A stretch of 64,000 nt of DNA from an uncultured Chloroflexia bacterium (GTDB lineage Bacteria > Chloroflexota > Limnocylindria > QHBO01). Shown piece by piece: positions 10,821 to 21,159 of the stretch (positions are counted from its first letter, which is position 1; each line of letters starts with the position of its first letter). Both the position numbers and the translations under genes were made by a program. The stretch spans positions 640,001-704,000 of the forward strand of contig CAWHAZ010000005.1 of assembly GCA_963827475.1 (NCBI GenBank), in the 5' to 3' direction. The notes under the pieces were generated by a model. That model ran no database searches, was not told the origin of the DNA, and saw only the letters and a program-made list of their open reading frames with translations.

Positions 10821-10918
10821 CGATACCTCGTACTGACGCGGAACCGCCGGCGGGCGGGCCGGCGGAGGGTCGGTATGATACCAGCCGTCCGAGCCCGCTC
10901 CGGGGCCGCCTGCCCACC

Positions 10919-11413
10919 ATGCCCGACCTCACCACCCTGTGGCTCCTCGCCCTCAGCCTCGCGGTGGTCGCGCTGACCGGAGCGCTCCTGGCCGTTCATC
11001 GGCGTGCCGCTCGGACCACGGCCGGCTACCGCCGGCTGACGGGGGATGCGACCGACGCGTCCCTGGCCGACTCGCTCGATAGGCATCTCGACCGCATCGA
11101 GGCCGTGGACCAACGTCTGACGGCGCTCGACGCCGAGTATCGGTCCCTGGAGGCGCGGGGTCGGGGAAGCCTCCAGCACCTCGGCATCGTCCGCTTCAAC
11201 CCGTTCGCGGATACCGGGTCCGATCAGAGCTTCGCCATCGCCCTGCTGAACGACCGCCACAACGGGGTCGTGATCAGCAGCCTGCACGCGCGCAGCGGGA
11301 CGCGAGTGTTCGCCAAGCCGGTGGAGGCGGGACAGGCCAGCTACGCCCTGTCGGACGAGGAGGCCGAGGCGCTGCGCATCGCGGCCGAGGGAGCGCCGCC
11401 CCTCCGGGCCTGA
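10919..11413 (+). CDS. DUF4446 family membrane-anchored protein
   Basis: N-terminal TM; GIVRFNPF..GSDQSFAIALL and RVFAKP motifs. Confidence 0.8.
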   Translation: MPDLTTLWLLALSLAVVALTGALLAVHRRAARTTAGYRRLTGDATDASLADSLDRHLDRIEAVDQRLTALDAEYRSLEARGRGSLQHLGIVRFNPFADTGSDQSFAIALLNDRHNGVVISSLHARSGTRVFAKPVEAGQASYALSDEEAEALRIAAEGAPPLRA

Positions 11414-13483
11414 TCAGGCGGTCGATCCCAGCCGGGCGAGCGCCTCCTCGGCGCTGGGGAGCACGTCGGCCGCCGTCTGGCGTGCCTGGCGGAAGCAGGC
11501 GGCCGCCGCGGGCACGTCGCCGCGTTCCTCGTAGAGCGCGCCGAGTGTCAGCAGCACGTCGATCAGCTGACGGCGGAGCAGCTCACGACGTTCCTCGACC
11601 GCGGCCGAGTCACCGTAGAACGGGCAGTCGTCGAGGTACTCGCCGCGGAACAGCGACCGTGCTCGTTCGAAGTGGGCCAATCGCTCCACGGCATCGGTGG
11701 CCTGACCGGCCATCGCCAGCTCGGCCGCCAGGTCGGCGACGTCGCTGCCGACCACGAGGCCCGGATCGAGGTGATAGCGGTCATGGTGGAACACGATGGC
11801 CTCGCCCCGGTCGCGGGCGCGTCGGCTCGGTTCGAGCGTCGTGCGAAGGCCACCGAGCGTGCGATGGAACGCGAGGTCGGCGCGCTCGAGATCGATGTCG
11901 GGCCAGACCAGCTCGAGGATCTCGTCCTTCCCGACACCACGCTCGCCTCGATCGAACAGGAACGCGAAGATGGCCTCCGCCTGCCGCGAGCCGGCTTTCT
12001 CCCCGCCCCAGCGGGTCACCAGCTGGCCGGCGCGTTCCACGCGGAACGCGCCCAGCGCGTTCACCCGCAAGCGCTCGGGAACGGCGCTCGTCACCTCGCC
12101 GAGGGCCTGGCTGAGCTCGAGGCCGCGGCGTTCGACCCCGGCCCGGCGCTCGGAAAGCGCCGCCAGGGCATCGGCGTGATGCTCCTGGTCTTCCGAGATG
12201 GCGATCAGATCGGCCAGGAACTCGGCACCCTGCCCGAGGAGCGTCATCTCCTGGGTGGTGAATGGCAGCCGGCTGCGCTTGTGGCCGAAGATCACCGTGC
12301 CGAGCGACGCCTTGGGCGTCAGTGCCGAGTGGAGCGGCAGCGAGAGCGCGCCGGGCTCGAGGCGTGGGTCGCCTCCCACCTGCGCCACGGTCGCGCCGTC
12401 GTCGCCGATGACGATCGCGCGTGGCACGCGGAACGTCCGGGCCACGCGGCCGAGCGCTGGCTCGATCGCCTGTGCCGGGGCCTGCGCCACGAGTCCGTCC
12501 TCGGCCAGTGCGCGCCGGAGGCGCTCGGCCATGCCGTGGTAGTCGACGCGCCCGACCGCGCGTCGGACCCGCTCGGAGACCGGATCGAACACGGCGACCG
12601 CGATCACCAGCGCGAGGCCGAGAACGATGGGCACGTCGATCGACAGCGCCTGGCGCACGACCAGGTCGAGGCCGACCACCACGGCCAGGAGCGCGGTCAG
12701 GCCGATCCCGATGACGACCGAGTACAGGAACGCATCGGCGGCCACGGCCGGAGCCAGGAAGACCCCCTGTCCGAAGACCGCGTACGCCGCGGCGATCAGG
12801 GCTACCGCGATGAGCAGGACCCCGAGCCACGGGTCGGTCGGGGCGGCCTGCGACACGATGCGCAGCGCACCCCCGATCGAGCCGATGACCACCGTGGCCA
12901 AGGCGGCGAGGAGCTGCTGGCGCCGGGCCCGATCGGCCCCAGCCTCGCGGAGGGGGAGCCCGATCCAGACCACGGCCAGCCCCAGCATGGCCAGGCGAGC
13001 GATCACCCAGGCCCACCCGAAGACGACGCCTGGGATCGGTGCGAGGCTGAACTGCGGGGCGGTCAGGTTCCAGGCCTGATCCGGCGCCGCCAGCGCGATG
13101 ACGGCCATGACGGTCGAGAGGCCATACGCGACGACGACGACGGCGGTCCGGGCCGGCCGCTTCGGGCCCTCCGAGCTGAGGGCGGCTGCGACGTGGAGGG
13201 CAACGGCCGGCACGAGCGACCCAGCGGCATTCTCGACCCGACTCAGGCCAGCGGCCACGTCGGGCGCGGCAGTCAGCCGCTGTCCGAGGATCGCCCCGGA
13301 CCAGACCAGGAGGAGGCCGCACAGGAAGGCGAACACGGTCGCCGCCGGCGCGCTGCGCGCGTGCAGGAAGACGGTCAGTCCCAGCCAGGTGGCGAGGACG
13401 GCCACCAGGCCCTGCGCCAGGTACTCCAGCTCGGCGGCCGTGGCCAGACTCCCTGCGGAACTCGTGGGGCAGCCTACGGCCAC
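11414..13483 (-). CDS. Multi-TM sensor + GAF-like + winged-helix/BTAD (SARP-type) transcriptional regulator
   Basis: About 8 hydrophobic helices, then PFT..E..LL, then LGAFRV..LVWPD..LRTTL (wHTH), then LFRGEYL..ERRE (BTAD). Confidence 0.8.
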   Translation of the reverse strand: MAVGCPTSSAGSLATAAELEYLAQGLVAVLATWLGLTVFLHARSAPAATVFAFLCGLLLVWSGAILGQRLTAAPDVAAGLSRVENAAGSLVPAVALHVAAALSSEGPKRPARTAVVVVAYGLSTVMAVIALAAPDQAWNLTAPQFSLAPIPGVVFGWAWVIARLAMLGLAVVWIGLPLREAGADRARRQQLLAALATVVIGSIGGALRIVSQAAPTDPWLGVLLIAVALIAAAYAVFGQGVFLAPAVAADAFLYSVVIGIGLTALLAVVVGLDLVVRQALSIDVPIVLGLALVIAVAVFDPVSERVRRAVGRVDYHGMAERLRRALAEDGLVAQAPAQAIEPALGRVARTFRVPRAIVIGDDGATVAQVGGDPRLEPGALSLPLHSALTPKASLGTVIFGHKRSRLPFTTQEMTLLGQGAEFLADLIAISEDQEHHADALAALSERRAGVERRGLELSQALGEVTSAVPERLRVNALGAFRVERAGQLVTRWGGEKAGSRQAEAIFAFLFDRGERGVGKDEILELVWPDIDLERADLAFHRTLGGLRTTLEPSRRARDRGEAIVFHHDRYHLDPGLVVGSDVADLAAELAMAGQATDAVERLAHFERARSLFRGEYLDDCPFYGDSAAVEERRELLRRQLIDVLLTLGALYEERGDVPAAAACFRQARQTAADVLPSAEEALARLGSTA

Positions 13484-13572
13484 GCTTCCTCGGCGACAAG
13501 CGTCGAATGGCGCGTCGCGGCCGACCCGAACGCGACCGATAACCTGTCGCTTCGGCGACGCACGCTGCCGGC

Positions 13573-16500
13573 ATGCCCGACCTTCCCGCTACCATCGAGT
13601 CCGTGGCAGCCGTCGTCCCTGCGCCCAATCAGATCCCGTTCTTCGAGGAGCTGGAGTCGACGGCGCCAGCGCGACGCCGCCATCTACGTGTCCAGCCGCC
13701 CCTGCTCGCGGATCTCACCGCCCGTCAACGAAAGGCGGTGACCTGGGGCGAGGGACCGCTGCTCGTCGTCGCCGGGGCCGGGACCGGGAAAACCACCGTC
13801 CTCACCCGCCGGATCGCCTGGCTGATCGCGGAGCAGCGAGCACGGCCCTCCGAGATCCTGGCGCTGACCTTCACCGAGCGGGCCGCGGCGGAGATGCAGG
13901 ACCGCGTGGACCAGCTGGTGCCTTACGGCTCGACCGATTCGGTGATCTCCACCTTCCATGCGTTTGGTGACCGCCTGATCCGCGAGCATGGCCTTTCGGT
14001 CGGCCTGTCGGACCAGGTCGCGGTCCTGTCGCGCGCGGAGCAGGTGACGTTCCTCCGCGAGCAGCTCGACGAGCTGCCGCTCGATCGCTTCCGGCCGCTC
14101 GGGAACCCCACCCGCTTTCTGTCGGTGCTGGCCACCCATTTCTCCCGGGCCCGGGACGAGGACATCTCGCCGGAGCAGTACCGGGCGGCCGCCGACCGCC
14201 TGGCAGCTAGGGCGGCAGCGGATCCGTCCGATCCTGCTCTCGCCGAGGAGGCGGCTCGCCAGGTCGAGCTGGCTGCGGCCTTCGCCGCATACGACCGGCT
14301 GCTGCGGGCTGCGGACCGCATCGACTTCGGCGACCAGGTCGGGCTCGCGCTGCGCCTGCTGCGCGAGCATCCCGACATCCTGGCTGAGGAGCGTGCTCGA
14401 TACCGGTACGTGCTGGTCGACGAGTTCCAGGACACGAACCACGCCCAGTTCGAGCTCGTCCGCCTCCTGTCCCCGGAGCCGTCGGGCAACGTGACCGTGG
14501 TGGGGGATGACGACCAGAGCATCTACCGATTCCGCGGCGCGGCCCTGTCGAACATCCTCGGATTCCGCTCGGCCTACCCGCGCACCGGTCGCGTGGTGCT
14601 GATCGACAATTTCCGCTCGCCGCAGCCGGTCCTGGACGCCGCCTACCGGCTCATCCGCCACAACGATCCGGACCGGCTCGAGGTCCGGGAGCGGATCGAC
14701 AAGCACCTGCGCGCCCGTGGGCCAGGCGGCACGGCCGGTGGCCACCGGCCGGTGACCAGCATCGCCTTCGCCACGACCAGCGACGAGGCCGATGGCGTCG
14801 CGGAGCGGATTGCCGGCTCGATCGCGGCAGGCCGCCGTCCGGCGGACCACGCGATCCTCGTCCGCGGCAACCGGGACGCGGACCCCTACCTCCGCGCGCT
14901 CAGCCTGCGCCGGATTCCCTGGCGCTTCAGCGGCACGGCGGGGCTGTACCGCCAGCCAGAGGTCCGGGTCCTGCTCAGCGTGCTCCGCGCCCTGAACGAC
15001 ATGCAGGACTCGGTGAGCCTGTACGACGTCGCGACCTCGGAGATCTTCGGGCTCGCCCCGGAGGATGCATCCCGTGCTCTGAACCAGGCGTCGCGGCGCC
15101 ACATGCCGCTCGAGGCTGCCCTGCGCGAGGGGCTGGCGGATCCCGCTCGGGCCGTGCTCCGCGGGCCGGCGGCGAGCATCGTGCAACGGGCTCTGGCGGC
15201 GATCGACACCCATCGCCAGCTGGCCGCTCGCCTCGAAGCGGGCGAGATCCTGTACCGCTTCGTGACCTCCACCGGCTGGCTCGGACGCCTGGCGCTCGAG
15301 GCGGGCGAGTCCGGCCCCGAGCGTCTTCAGAACGTGGCGCGCCTGTTCGAGATCCTGCGCGGCGCCTCTGCCGTGCTGCGCGACGCTCGGCTCCCATTCC
15401 TCGTCGCCCGCCTCGATCTGCTCATTCAGGCCGGTGACGATCCCGCCACCGCGGAGGCGGACCTCGGCGGCGGTGAGGCCGTGCACGTCCTGACCTGTCA
15501 CAAGGCCAAGGGTCTCGAGTTCCCGATCGTGCACATGGTCGGCATGGCCCAGGAGCGCTTCCCCTCCCGCTCACGGCGTGACCCGGTGGATCTGCCCGAG
15601 GACCTGGTCCACGAGGGACCAGCCGACGGAGACTTCCACCTCGCCGAGGAACGGCGCCTGTGCTACGTGGGCATGACCCGGGCCCGAGAGTCGCTGGTCA
15701 TGAGCTGGGCCCGGGACGAGGGCGAGCGGCCGCGCCGGCCGAGTCAATTCCTGCTCGAGGCCCTCGACGCGGCAGCAGCGGACGCCGACGTCCTGCGGCC
15801 AAGCCCGATCGAGCGGATCGAGCGCCTCCGGCCACCGGCCGATGCGGCACCCGTGGCGACCGTGCCTTCCGACCCGCGACCGGGCATCGTCGAGCAGCCG
15901 CTGAACCTGAGCTATGGCCAGGTGAACGACTACAGCGACTGCCCAGCCCGCTATCGGTACGCCCATCTCATCCGGCTGCCGACCCCGGCCGGCCATGCGC
16001 TGGTGGTCGGCAAAGCGCTGCATGCCGCCGTCCAGGCCTTCCACCGCGCTCAGATGGCCGGATCGCTGCTCAGCCGCGAGGCGCTGCAGGCCGAGCTCGA
16101 CCGCCATTGGGAGTCGACCGGGTTCGTCACACGCGCCCACGAGGATGCCCGCCGGGCGTCGGCGCGGGCCGCCCTCGACCGGTTCTGGGACGAGCAGCAG
16201 GCGGACCCGGCGCCGGTGATCGGGGTCGAGCAGGAGTTTGCCTTCCGGTTCGGGCCGGACCGCGTCCGCGGGCGGATGGACCGCGTGGATCGTGCTCCGG
16301 ACGGCTCGGTCGAGGTGGTGGACTACAAGTCGGGCGACGTCCGAGATCCAGCCACCGCCGGTCGCCGTTCGCGCGAGTCGCTGCAGCTGGCGATCTACGC
16401 CCTCGGCTGGGAGGCGGAGCACGGCCAGGCTCCGGAGCGGCTGACGCTCCACTTCCTCGAGTCGGGCGAGGTCGGCCGCAGCCTGGCGACGCCCGCCCGC

Positions 16501-16632
16501 CTCGAGAAGGCGCGGAACCAGATCGCGGCCGCCGCGGCGGGCATCCGAGCGGGGGACTTCACTGCCCGTCCTGGCCCGATGCGCTGCGCCACCTGCCCGT
16601 TCCGGACGATCTGCCCTGACGCGGCCTCGTGA
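13573..16632 (+). CDS. UvrD/PcrA-like SF1 helicase fused to a PD-(D/E)XK nuclease (AdnAB/AddA-like)
   Basis: AGAGTGKT, DEFQD, HKAKGLEF and YVGMTRA motifs; C-terminal GRMDR..DYK, and four Cys (CP...CATCPFRTIC). Confidence 0.92.
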   Translation: MPDLPATIESVAAVVPAPNQIPFFEELESTAPARRRHLRVQPPLLADLTARQRKAVTWGEGPLLVVAGAGTGKTTVLTRRIAWLIAEQRARPSEILALTFTERAAAEMQDRVDQLVPYGSTDSVISTFHAFGDRLIREHGLSVGLSDQVAVLSRAEQVTFLREQLDELPLDRFRPLGNPTRFLSVLATHFSRARDEDISPEQYRAAADRLAARAAADPSDPALAEEAARQVELAAAFAAYDRLLRAADRIDFGDQVGLALRLLREHPDILAEERARYRYVLVDEFQDTNHAQFELVRLLSPEPSGNVTVVGDDDQSIYRFRGAALSNILGFRSAYPRTGRVVLIDNFRSPQPVLDAAYRLIRHNDPDRLEVRERIDKHLRARGPGGTAGGHRPVTSIAFATTSDEADGVAERIAGSIAAGRRPADHAILVRGNRDADPYLRALSLRRIPWRFSGTAGLYRQPEVRVLLSVLRALNDMQDSVSLYDVATSEIFGLAPEDASRALNQASRRHMPLEAALREGLADPARAVLRGPAASIVQRALAAIDTHRQLAARLEAGEILYRFVTSTGWLGRLALEAGESGPERLQNVARLFEILRGASAVLRDARLPFLVARLDLLIQAGDDPATAEADLGGGEAVHVLTCHKAKGLEFPIVHMVGMAQERFPSRSRRDPVDLPEDLVHEGPADGDFHLAEERRLCYVGMTRARESLVMSWARDEGERPRRPSQFLLEALDAAAADADVLRPSPIERIERLRPPADAAPVATVPSDPRPGIVEQPLNLSYGQVNDYSDCPARYRYAHLIRLPTPAGHALVVGKALHAAVQAFHRAQMAGSLLSREALQAELDRHWESTGFVTRAHEDARRASARAALDRFWDEQQADPAPVIGVEQEFAFRFGPDRVRGRMDRVDRAPDGSVEVVDYKSGDVRDPATAGRRSRESLQLAIYALGWEAEHGQAPERLTLHFLESGEVGRSLATPARLEKARNQIAAAAAGIRAGDFTARPGPMRCATCPFRTICPDAAS

Positions 16633-17036
16633 GCCGAGAGGATCGGATCGCGGTTGCGGCCCTCGCCCTCGCGGGCGTGGCCGCGGTCATCGCGGTCGTG
16701 ATCCTCGCCAGCCAGCTGTGCCCGGCGCCGACGCTCACCGACCCGTGTCCTGACGCGGACCGCAACCGGCTCATCGTCGTTGGCCTGGCCGCGGCGGCGG
16801 TGTTCTGCGTCATGACCTCTGCCGCGTTCGTCGGCGACTACCTGGTCCACGATCGGATCGCCTACCGCGGGGCCTGGGCCCGTGCCGCTCGACGCGGCCT
16901 GCTCGCCGGTCTCGTCCTGGCCGCGGTTGCCGGCCTCCGCCTGGTGGATGCCCTGAACCTGTTCTCGGCGGGCGTAGTCGTGGCCGTCGCGGCGGCAGTG
17001 GAATGGGTGGCCACCCGGCGCCTCGACTCGCGGTGA
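16629..17036 (+). CDS. Hypothetical membrane protein (about 4 TM)
   Basis: Hydrophobic helices; GTGA overlaps at both ends. Confidence 0.7.
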   Translation: MSREDRIAVAALALAGVAAVIAVVILASQLCPAPTLTDPCPDADRNRLIVVGLAAAAVFCVMTSAAFVGDYLVHDRIAYRGAWARAARRGLLAGLVLAAVAGLRLVDALNLFSAGVVVAVAAAVEWVATRRLDSR

Positions 17037-17887
17037 GCGCAGCGGACGCCGCGCCGGGAGATCCGTTCGGCGGCCAGGCGACCGACGCAGATGTCCTGGC
17101 CGAAATCTACGACCTCGAGCACGACGGGGTCACCGCCGACGTCCCCTTCTACCGCCAGATGACTCGCCGCGTCCGGGGCGCGGTGCTCGACCTCGGCTGC
17201 GGATCGGGTCGGCTCTTCCGCGCCTTCCTGGACGGTCGTGCCAGCCGGGTGGTCGGGGTCGATGCCTCATCGGCCATGCTCCGGCGCGCGACGGCCCGGA
17301 TCGAGGGTGATCCCCGCCTCGCCGCCGCTTCCGCCAGCGGTCAACTGGAGCTGGTCCACGGAGACGTCCGCTCGGTCCGGCACCGGGATCGGTTCGGGCT
17401 CATCGTCGCGGCCGGGGTCATGCCGCACCTCGACGGGCCGGAAGATCTCTCCCGGCTGCTGGCGCGGGCGGCCAAGCTCCTCGCGCCGCGCGGATTCCTC
17501 GTGCTCGACGACCTCGGGCCGGCGGCGCAGCCGGCCGCGGGTCTCCCGCTCGCGGTCGACTGGATCCTCGAATCGGGCGGCCGAACGTTCACTCGACGGA
17601 GCCAGCTCACGCGCCGCGAGGCGCCGGAAGGGTTGCGCGTGACCCTGTCCACGATCGTGGACGTGCAGGACCCCGATGGTACGATAGCGCGGCTTCCGGC
17701 CAGTTTCCGCCTCTGGTACCCATCACATGACGCCGTCGCGCGGCTGGTTGAGGCCGCGGGACTCGCTGTCGCCGCGACGTACGGGTCACACGACCTGGGA
17801 GCGTTTTCGGCCGCCAGCGAGCACCTGATCGTCCTCAGCCGACGGATTCGGCACCGGTCTGCGCGGCGGGGGATAGAACCCGGATGA
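17033..17887 (+). CDS. Class I SAM-dependent methyltransferase
   Basis: VLDLGCGSGR, GVDAS..ML and HGDVR motifs. Confidence 0.88.
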   Translation: MSAADAAPGDPFGGQATDADVLAEIYDLEHDGVTADVPFYRQMTRRVRGAVLDLGCGSGRLFRAFLDGRASRVVGVDASSAMLRRATARIEGDPRLAAASASGQLELVHGDVRSVRHRDRFGLIVAAGVMPHLDGPEDLSRLLARAAKLLAPRGFLVLDDLGPAAQPAAGLPLAVDWILESGGRTFTRRSQLTRREAPEGLRVTLSTIVDVQDPDGTIARLPASFRLWYPSHDAVARLVEAAGLAVAATYGSHDLGAFSAASEHLIVLSRRIRHRSARRGIEPG

Positions 17888-17903
17888 GGCAAGAACGGAC
17901 GAA

Positions 17904-19052
17904 GTGGCGGGAGAGAAGATCCGGCTCCTGTTGATCGAAGACGTGCCCCAGGTGGCATCGCACGTCCGTTCGCTGCTGATTGCCCAAAGCCAGATCCAGG
18001 TCGTGGAGGTCATACCCGAGGGCGAGCGTGCGCTGGCCGCGGTGGGGGACTTCCGCCCCGACGTGGTGATCATCGACTGGTTGCTCCAGGGGCGGGTCAG
18101 CGGCGCGAAGGCCGCCTCCAGCATCCGCCAGGCGCATCCCGAGGTTGGCATCATCGTGCTCACCGTTCCGCAGGAGCCGATCACCGAGGATCCGGCTCGG
18201 GGCATCGACGCGGTGCTCCGCATGCCGCTGGCCGGTTTCGACCTCAGCGCGGTCATCCGCAAGATCGCCGAGGAGCGGGCCACGGCCACGACCGGCGGCG
18301 GGGCCCAGCTGGTAAGCCTCTTCTCCCCGAAGGGCGGCGTGGGGCGAACGACCCTCGCCTACAACCTGGCCGTGGCCCTCGCCGGTGAGGAGCCGGTCTG
18401 CCTGGTCGACGGCTCGATGCAGTTCTCCGACCTGCGCGGCCTGCTCCGCGCTCCGGCGGATGCGCGCTCCATCCTCGACCTGCCGACCGACAAGATCCGG
18501 GAAGGGGACGTCTCCGAGGTGATGTTCCGTGACCCGTCGGGGATCGACGTCCTGCTGGCTCCACCCCGGGTCGAGATGGCCGAGATGATCACCACCCGCG
18601 ACATCGAGAAGTCGCTGTCCCTCCTCCGCCGCCTGTACGGCCATGTCGTCATCGACACCCGGGCTGCCCTGACCGATGACGTGCTCGCCTTCCTCGACGC
18701 CTCGGATCTCGTCCTCCAGATTCTGACGTTCGAGGCCCAGGCGGTGCGATCTCTGGCGATGGCCAACGAGGCCTTTGCTGCCATCGGCTACCCACCTTCC
18801 AAGCTGGCGGTGGTCCTCAACCGGGCCGATGCATCCGGCGGCATGAGCCGCGAAGAGGTCGAGGAGGTGCTGGGCCACCACATCGACTTCGAGATCGTGT
18901 CCGACGGCCGGTTGGTGCTGGCCGCCAACAACGAGGGCGTGCCGTTCGTCGCGGCCAGCCCCGACGCCCAGATCTCGAAGGGAGTGCGCAGCATCGCCGC
19001 TGCACTCCTCGCCCACCGCCGCTCGCCGGCCCTGTCTCTGGCCGCTCGCTGA
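17904..19052 (+). CDS. Receiver domain + MinD-like ATPase (CpaE/TadZ family)
   Basis: N-terminal REC fold; SPKGGVGRTT, LVD..QF.D and VLNRA motifs. Confidence 0.85.
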   Translation: MAGEKIRLLLIEDVPQVASHVRSLLIAQSQIQVVEVIPEGERALAAVGDFRPDVVIIDWLLQGRVSGAKAASSIRQAHPEVGIIVLTVPQEPITEDPARGIDAVLRMPLAGFDLSAVIRKIAEERATATTGGGAQLVSLFSPKGGVGRTTLAYNLAVALAGEEPVCLVDGSMQFSDLRGLLRAPADARSILDLPTDKIREGDVSEVMFRDPSGIDVLLAPPRVEMAEMITTRDIEKSLSLLRRLYGHVVIDTRAALTDDVLAFLDASDLVLQILTFEAQAVRSLAMANEAFAAIGYPPSKLAVVLNRADASGGMSREEVEEVLGHHIDFEIVSDGRLVLAANNEGVPFVAASPDAQISKGVRSIAAALLAHRRSPALSLAAR

Positions 19053-19070
19053 TTACCTGACCTGAGCGCC

Positions 19071-19932
19071 GTGGTCTCGCCCGACCAGCGTCCGATCGCC
19101 GTCTTCGACTCCGGAGTCGGCGGTCTCACTGTCCTGTCGGAGATCCGGCGCCGCCTTCCGGGGGAGTCGACGGTCTACCTCGGCGACAACGCGCGCACCC
19201 CGTACGGTCCGCGCCCGGCGGACGAGGTCCGGCGCTTCACGCTCGACAGCGTCGAGTGGCTCCTCCGCCAGGATCCCAAAGTGCTGGTCCTCGCCTGCAA
19301 CACGGCCACCGCCCAGGCGCTGTCGGCAGGTCCGGGTCGCCTCGCCGATACCGGTTCTCGGCGTCGTTCGGCCTGGCGCGGTCGCCGCCGCGGCGGCGAC
19401 CCGCATCGGTCACGTCGGGGTCGTCGCCACGGCCGGCACGGTGGCCTCCGGCGCCTACCCCGTGGCGATCGTTGAGGCCGACCCCGCGCTTCGGGTCAGC
19501 CAGCAGGCGTGCCCCGATCTCGTCCCGCTGGTGGAGGCCGGGGAGCTGGACGGTCCGCGCGTCGACGACGCGGTGGGTGGCTACCTGGACGCACTCCGCG
19601 CCCAGCAGCCGACCCTCGACACGCTGCTCCTGGGCTGCACCCATTACCCGCTGCTGCGGCCGGTCTTCGCGGATCACCTCGGCCCGTCGGTCCGCGTCGT
19701 CGACTCGGCGTTCACCACGGCCCTCGCGCTCGAAGACCTGCTCGACGCGATCCAGGCGCGGAACGGCAGCAGCTCCGACAGCCCGTCGACCGGCGCCGGG
19801 TCGCCGCCGAACCGGGTGGCCACCACCGGCGACCCCAACGCCTTCCGCGCGGTGGCCGTTCGGCTGTTCGGAGCGGACCTGTCGGCGGTGGAGGCAGTCG
19901 ATCTTTCCCCGGCCGAGGCGCGCGCCGACTAG
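19071..19932 (+). CDS. murI: Glutamate racemase (apparent frameshift near 19329)
   Basis: [11 protein letters not shown] and ACNTA in one frame; [14 protein letters not shown] and LGCTHYP in the next frame. Confidence 0.92.
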
Positions 19933-19942
19933 ACTTCCGCGC

Positions 19943-21159
19943 GTGACCCGCAGCACCGCGCGCAGCACGGCCCGCCTCACCGCCGGGATCGTCATCGGCA
20001 CCCTCCTGACCGCGACGATCGCGGTTGCGGGACGCCGGCTCGAGCAGCGGGCCGGCAGCCATCTCCTCGACTGGGCGACCATCCGGTCGATCGCGCGCCG
20101 CCGGGTCGGCGATCGAGCTGGCCGGCTGACTGCCGCCGAACGTGCGCGGGCGGAGGCGTTCTACCTCGCCGCCGCGGAACGGGTGGCGCCGCTGGTGGCG
20201 GCCGAGATCGGAGCCCCGGGGATCACCCTCGAGCCGCCGGCGGTCATCGACCGCCTCCAGTGGATCGACCTCAACCTCGAGACCTTCCAGCGGCTCATCG
20301 GTCGATTGGAGACCGAGCTCGCCGGCACTCGGGGAGTGCCACGCGGCGCTGGGCCCGCCCTCGCCCGGATCGTGAACCGGAGTGTCGGCAACCACCAGCT
20401 GGGGTGGCTCCTCTCCTTCCTCGCCACCAAGGTCCTGGGCCAGTACGACATCAGTCTCCTCGCCACCGCTGCGCCCACGCGGGGCCGCCTGTACTACGTG
20501 GAAGCCAATGTCGTGGCCACGGCCGACAGCCTCGGGATCGAGCGGGACGCGTTCCGCACCTTCATCGCCATCCACGAGGTGACTCACGCCCACGAGTTCG
20601 AATCGCATCCCTGGCTGCGGGCGCATTTCGCGTCCCTGGTGGAGGACACCCTCCACCAGCTGGCCGCCGACGCCGGCGGGATGTGGACCCGCCTGGCCCA
20701 GGCCCGCGGAGGGTCCGGCCACTGGATGGAGCGACTCATGACCCCCGCCCAGCGCGAAGCGTTCGGGCGGACCCAGGCCCTGATGTCGCTGCTGGAAGGC
20801 GCCTCCAACCACGTCATGAACGCGGTCGGCTCGCGGGTCCTGCCGAATTTCGACGCACTCCACGAGAAGTTCGAGGGTCGGCATCGCCGCCGCGGGCCGC
20901 TCGAGCAGCTCGTGCTCCGCCTGACCGGCCTCGACCTCAAGCTCGAGCAGTACGCGGAGGGCGAACGCTTCGTCGCGGCCGTGGTCGCCCAGAGCGGCCA
21001 GGCCGGGCTCGCCCGCGTGTGGCGCGGATCGGAATGGCTGCCAACGCTGGACGAGATCCGCGACCCCGCGGCGTGGCTGGCTCGGGCCGACGCACCCTGG
21101 AGACCGACACCCTGGAGACCGACACCCTGGAGACCGACACCCTGGAGGCCCGCAGCTGA
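19943..21159 (+). CDS. Zinc-dependent metalloprotease (zincin_2 / F420 biosynthesis-associated family)
   Basis: LGQYD, HEVTH, MSLLEG, K..QY..GE.F and LPTLDEI.DP motifs; the 3' end needs a one-base correction near 21092 to stop at TGA 21157-21159. Confidence 0.85.
21093..21147 (+). repeat. 15-bp tandem repeat (CACCCTGGAGACCGA), about 3.7 copies
   Basis: Exact units start at 21093, 21108 and 21123, with a partial unit at 21138. Confidence 0.95.

Noticed and set aside
19320-19340. Programmed ribosomal frameshifting in murI, ftsH and others
   Set aside because: No slippery heptamers or shared signal, and breaks are scattered over unrelated genes; sequencing error is more parsimonious.
21093-21147. 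Possible CRISPR array
   Set aside because: Contiguous 15-bp units with no spacers and no cas genes; a simple tandem repeat.
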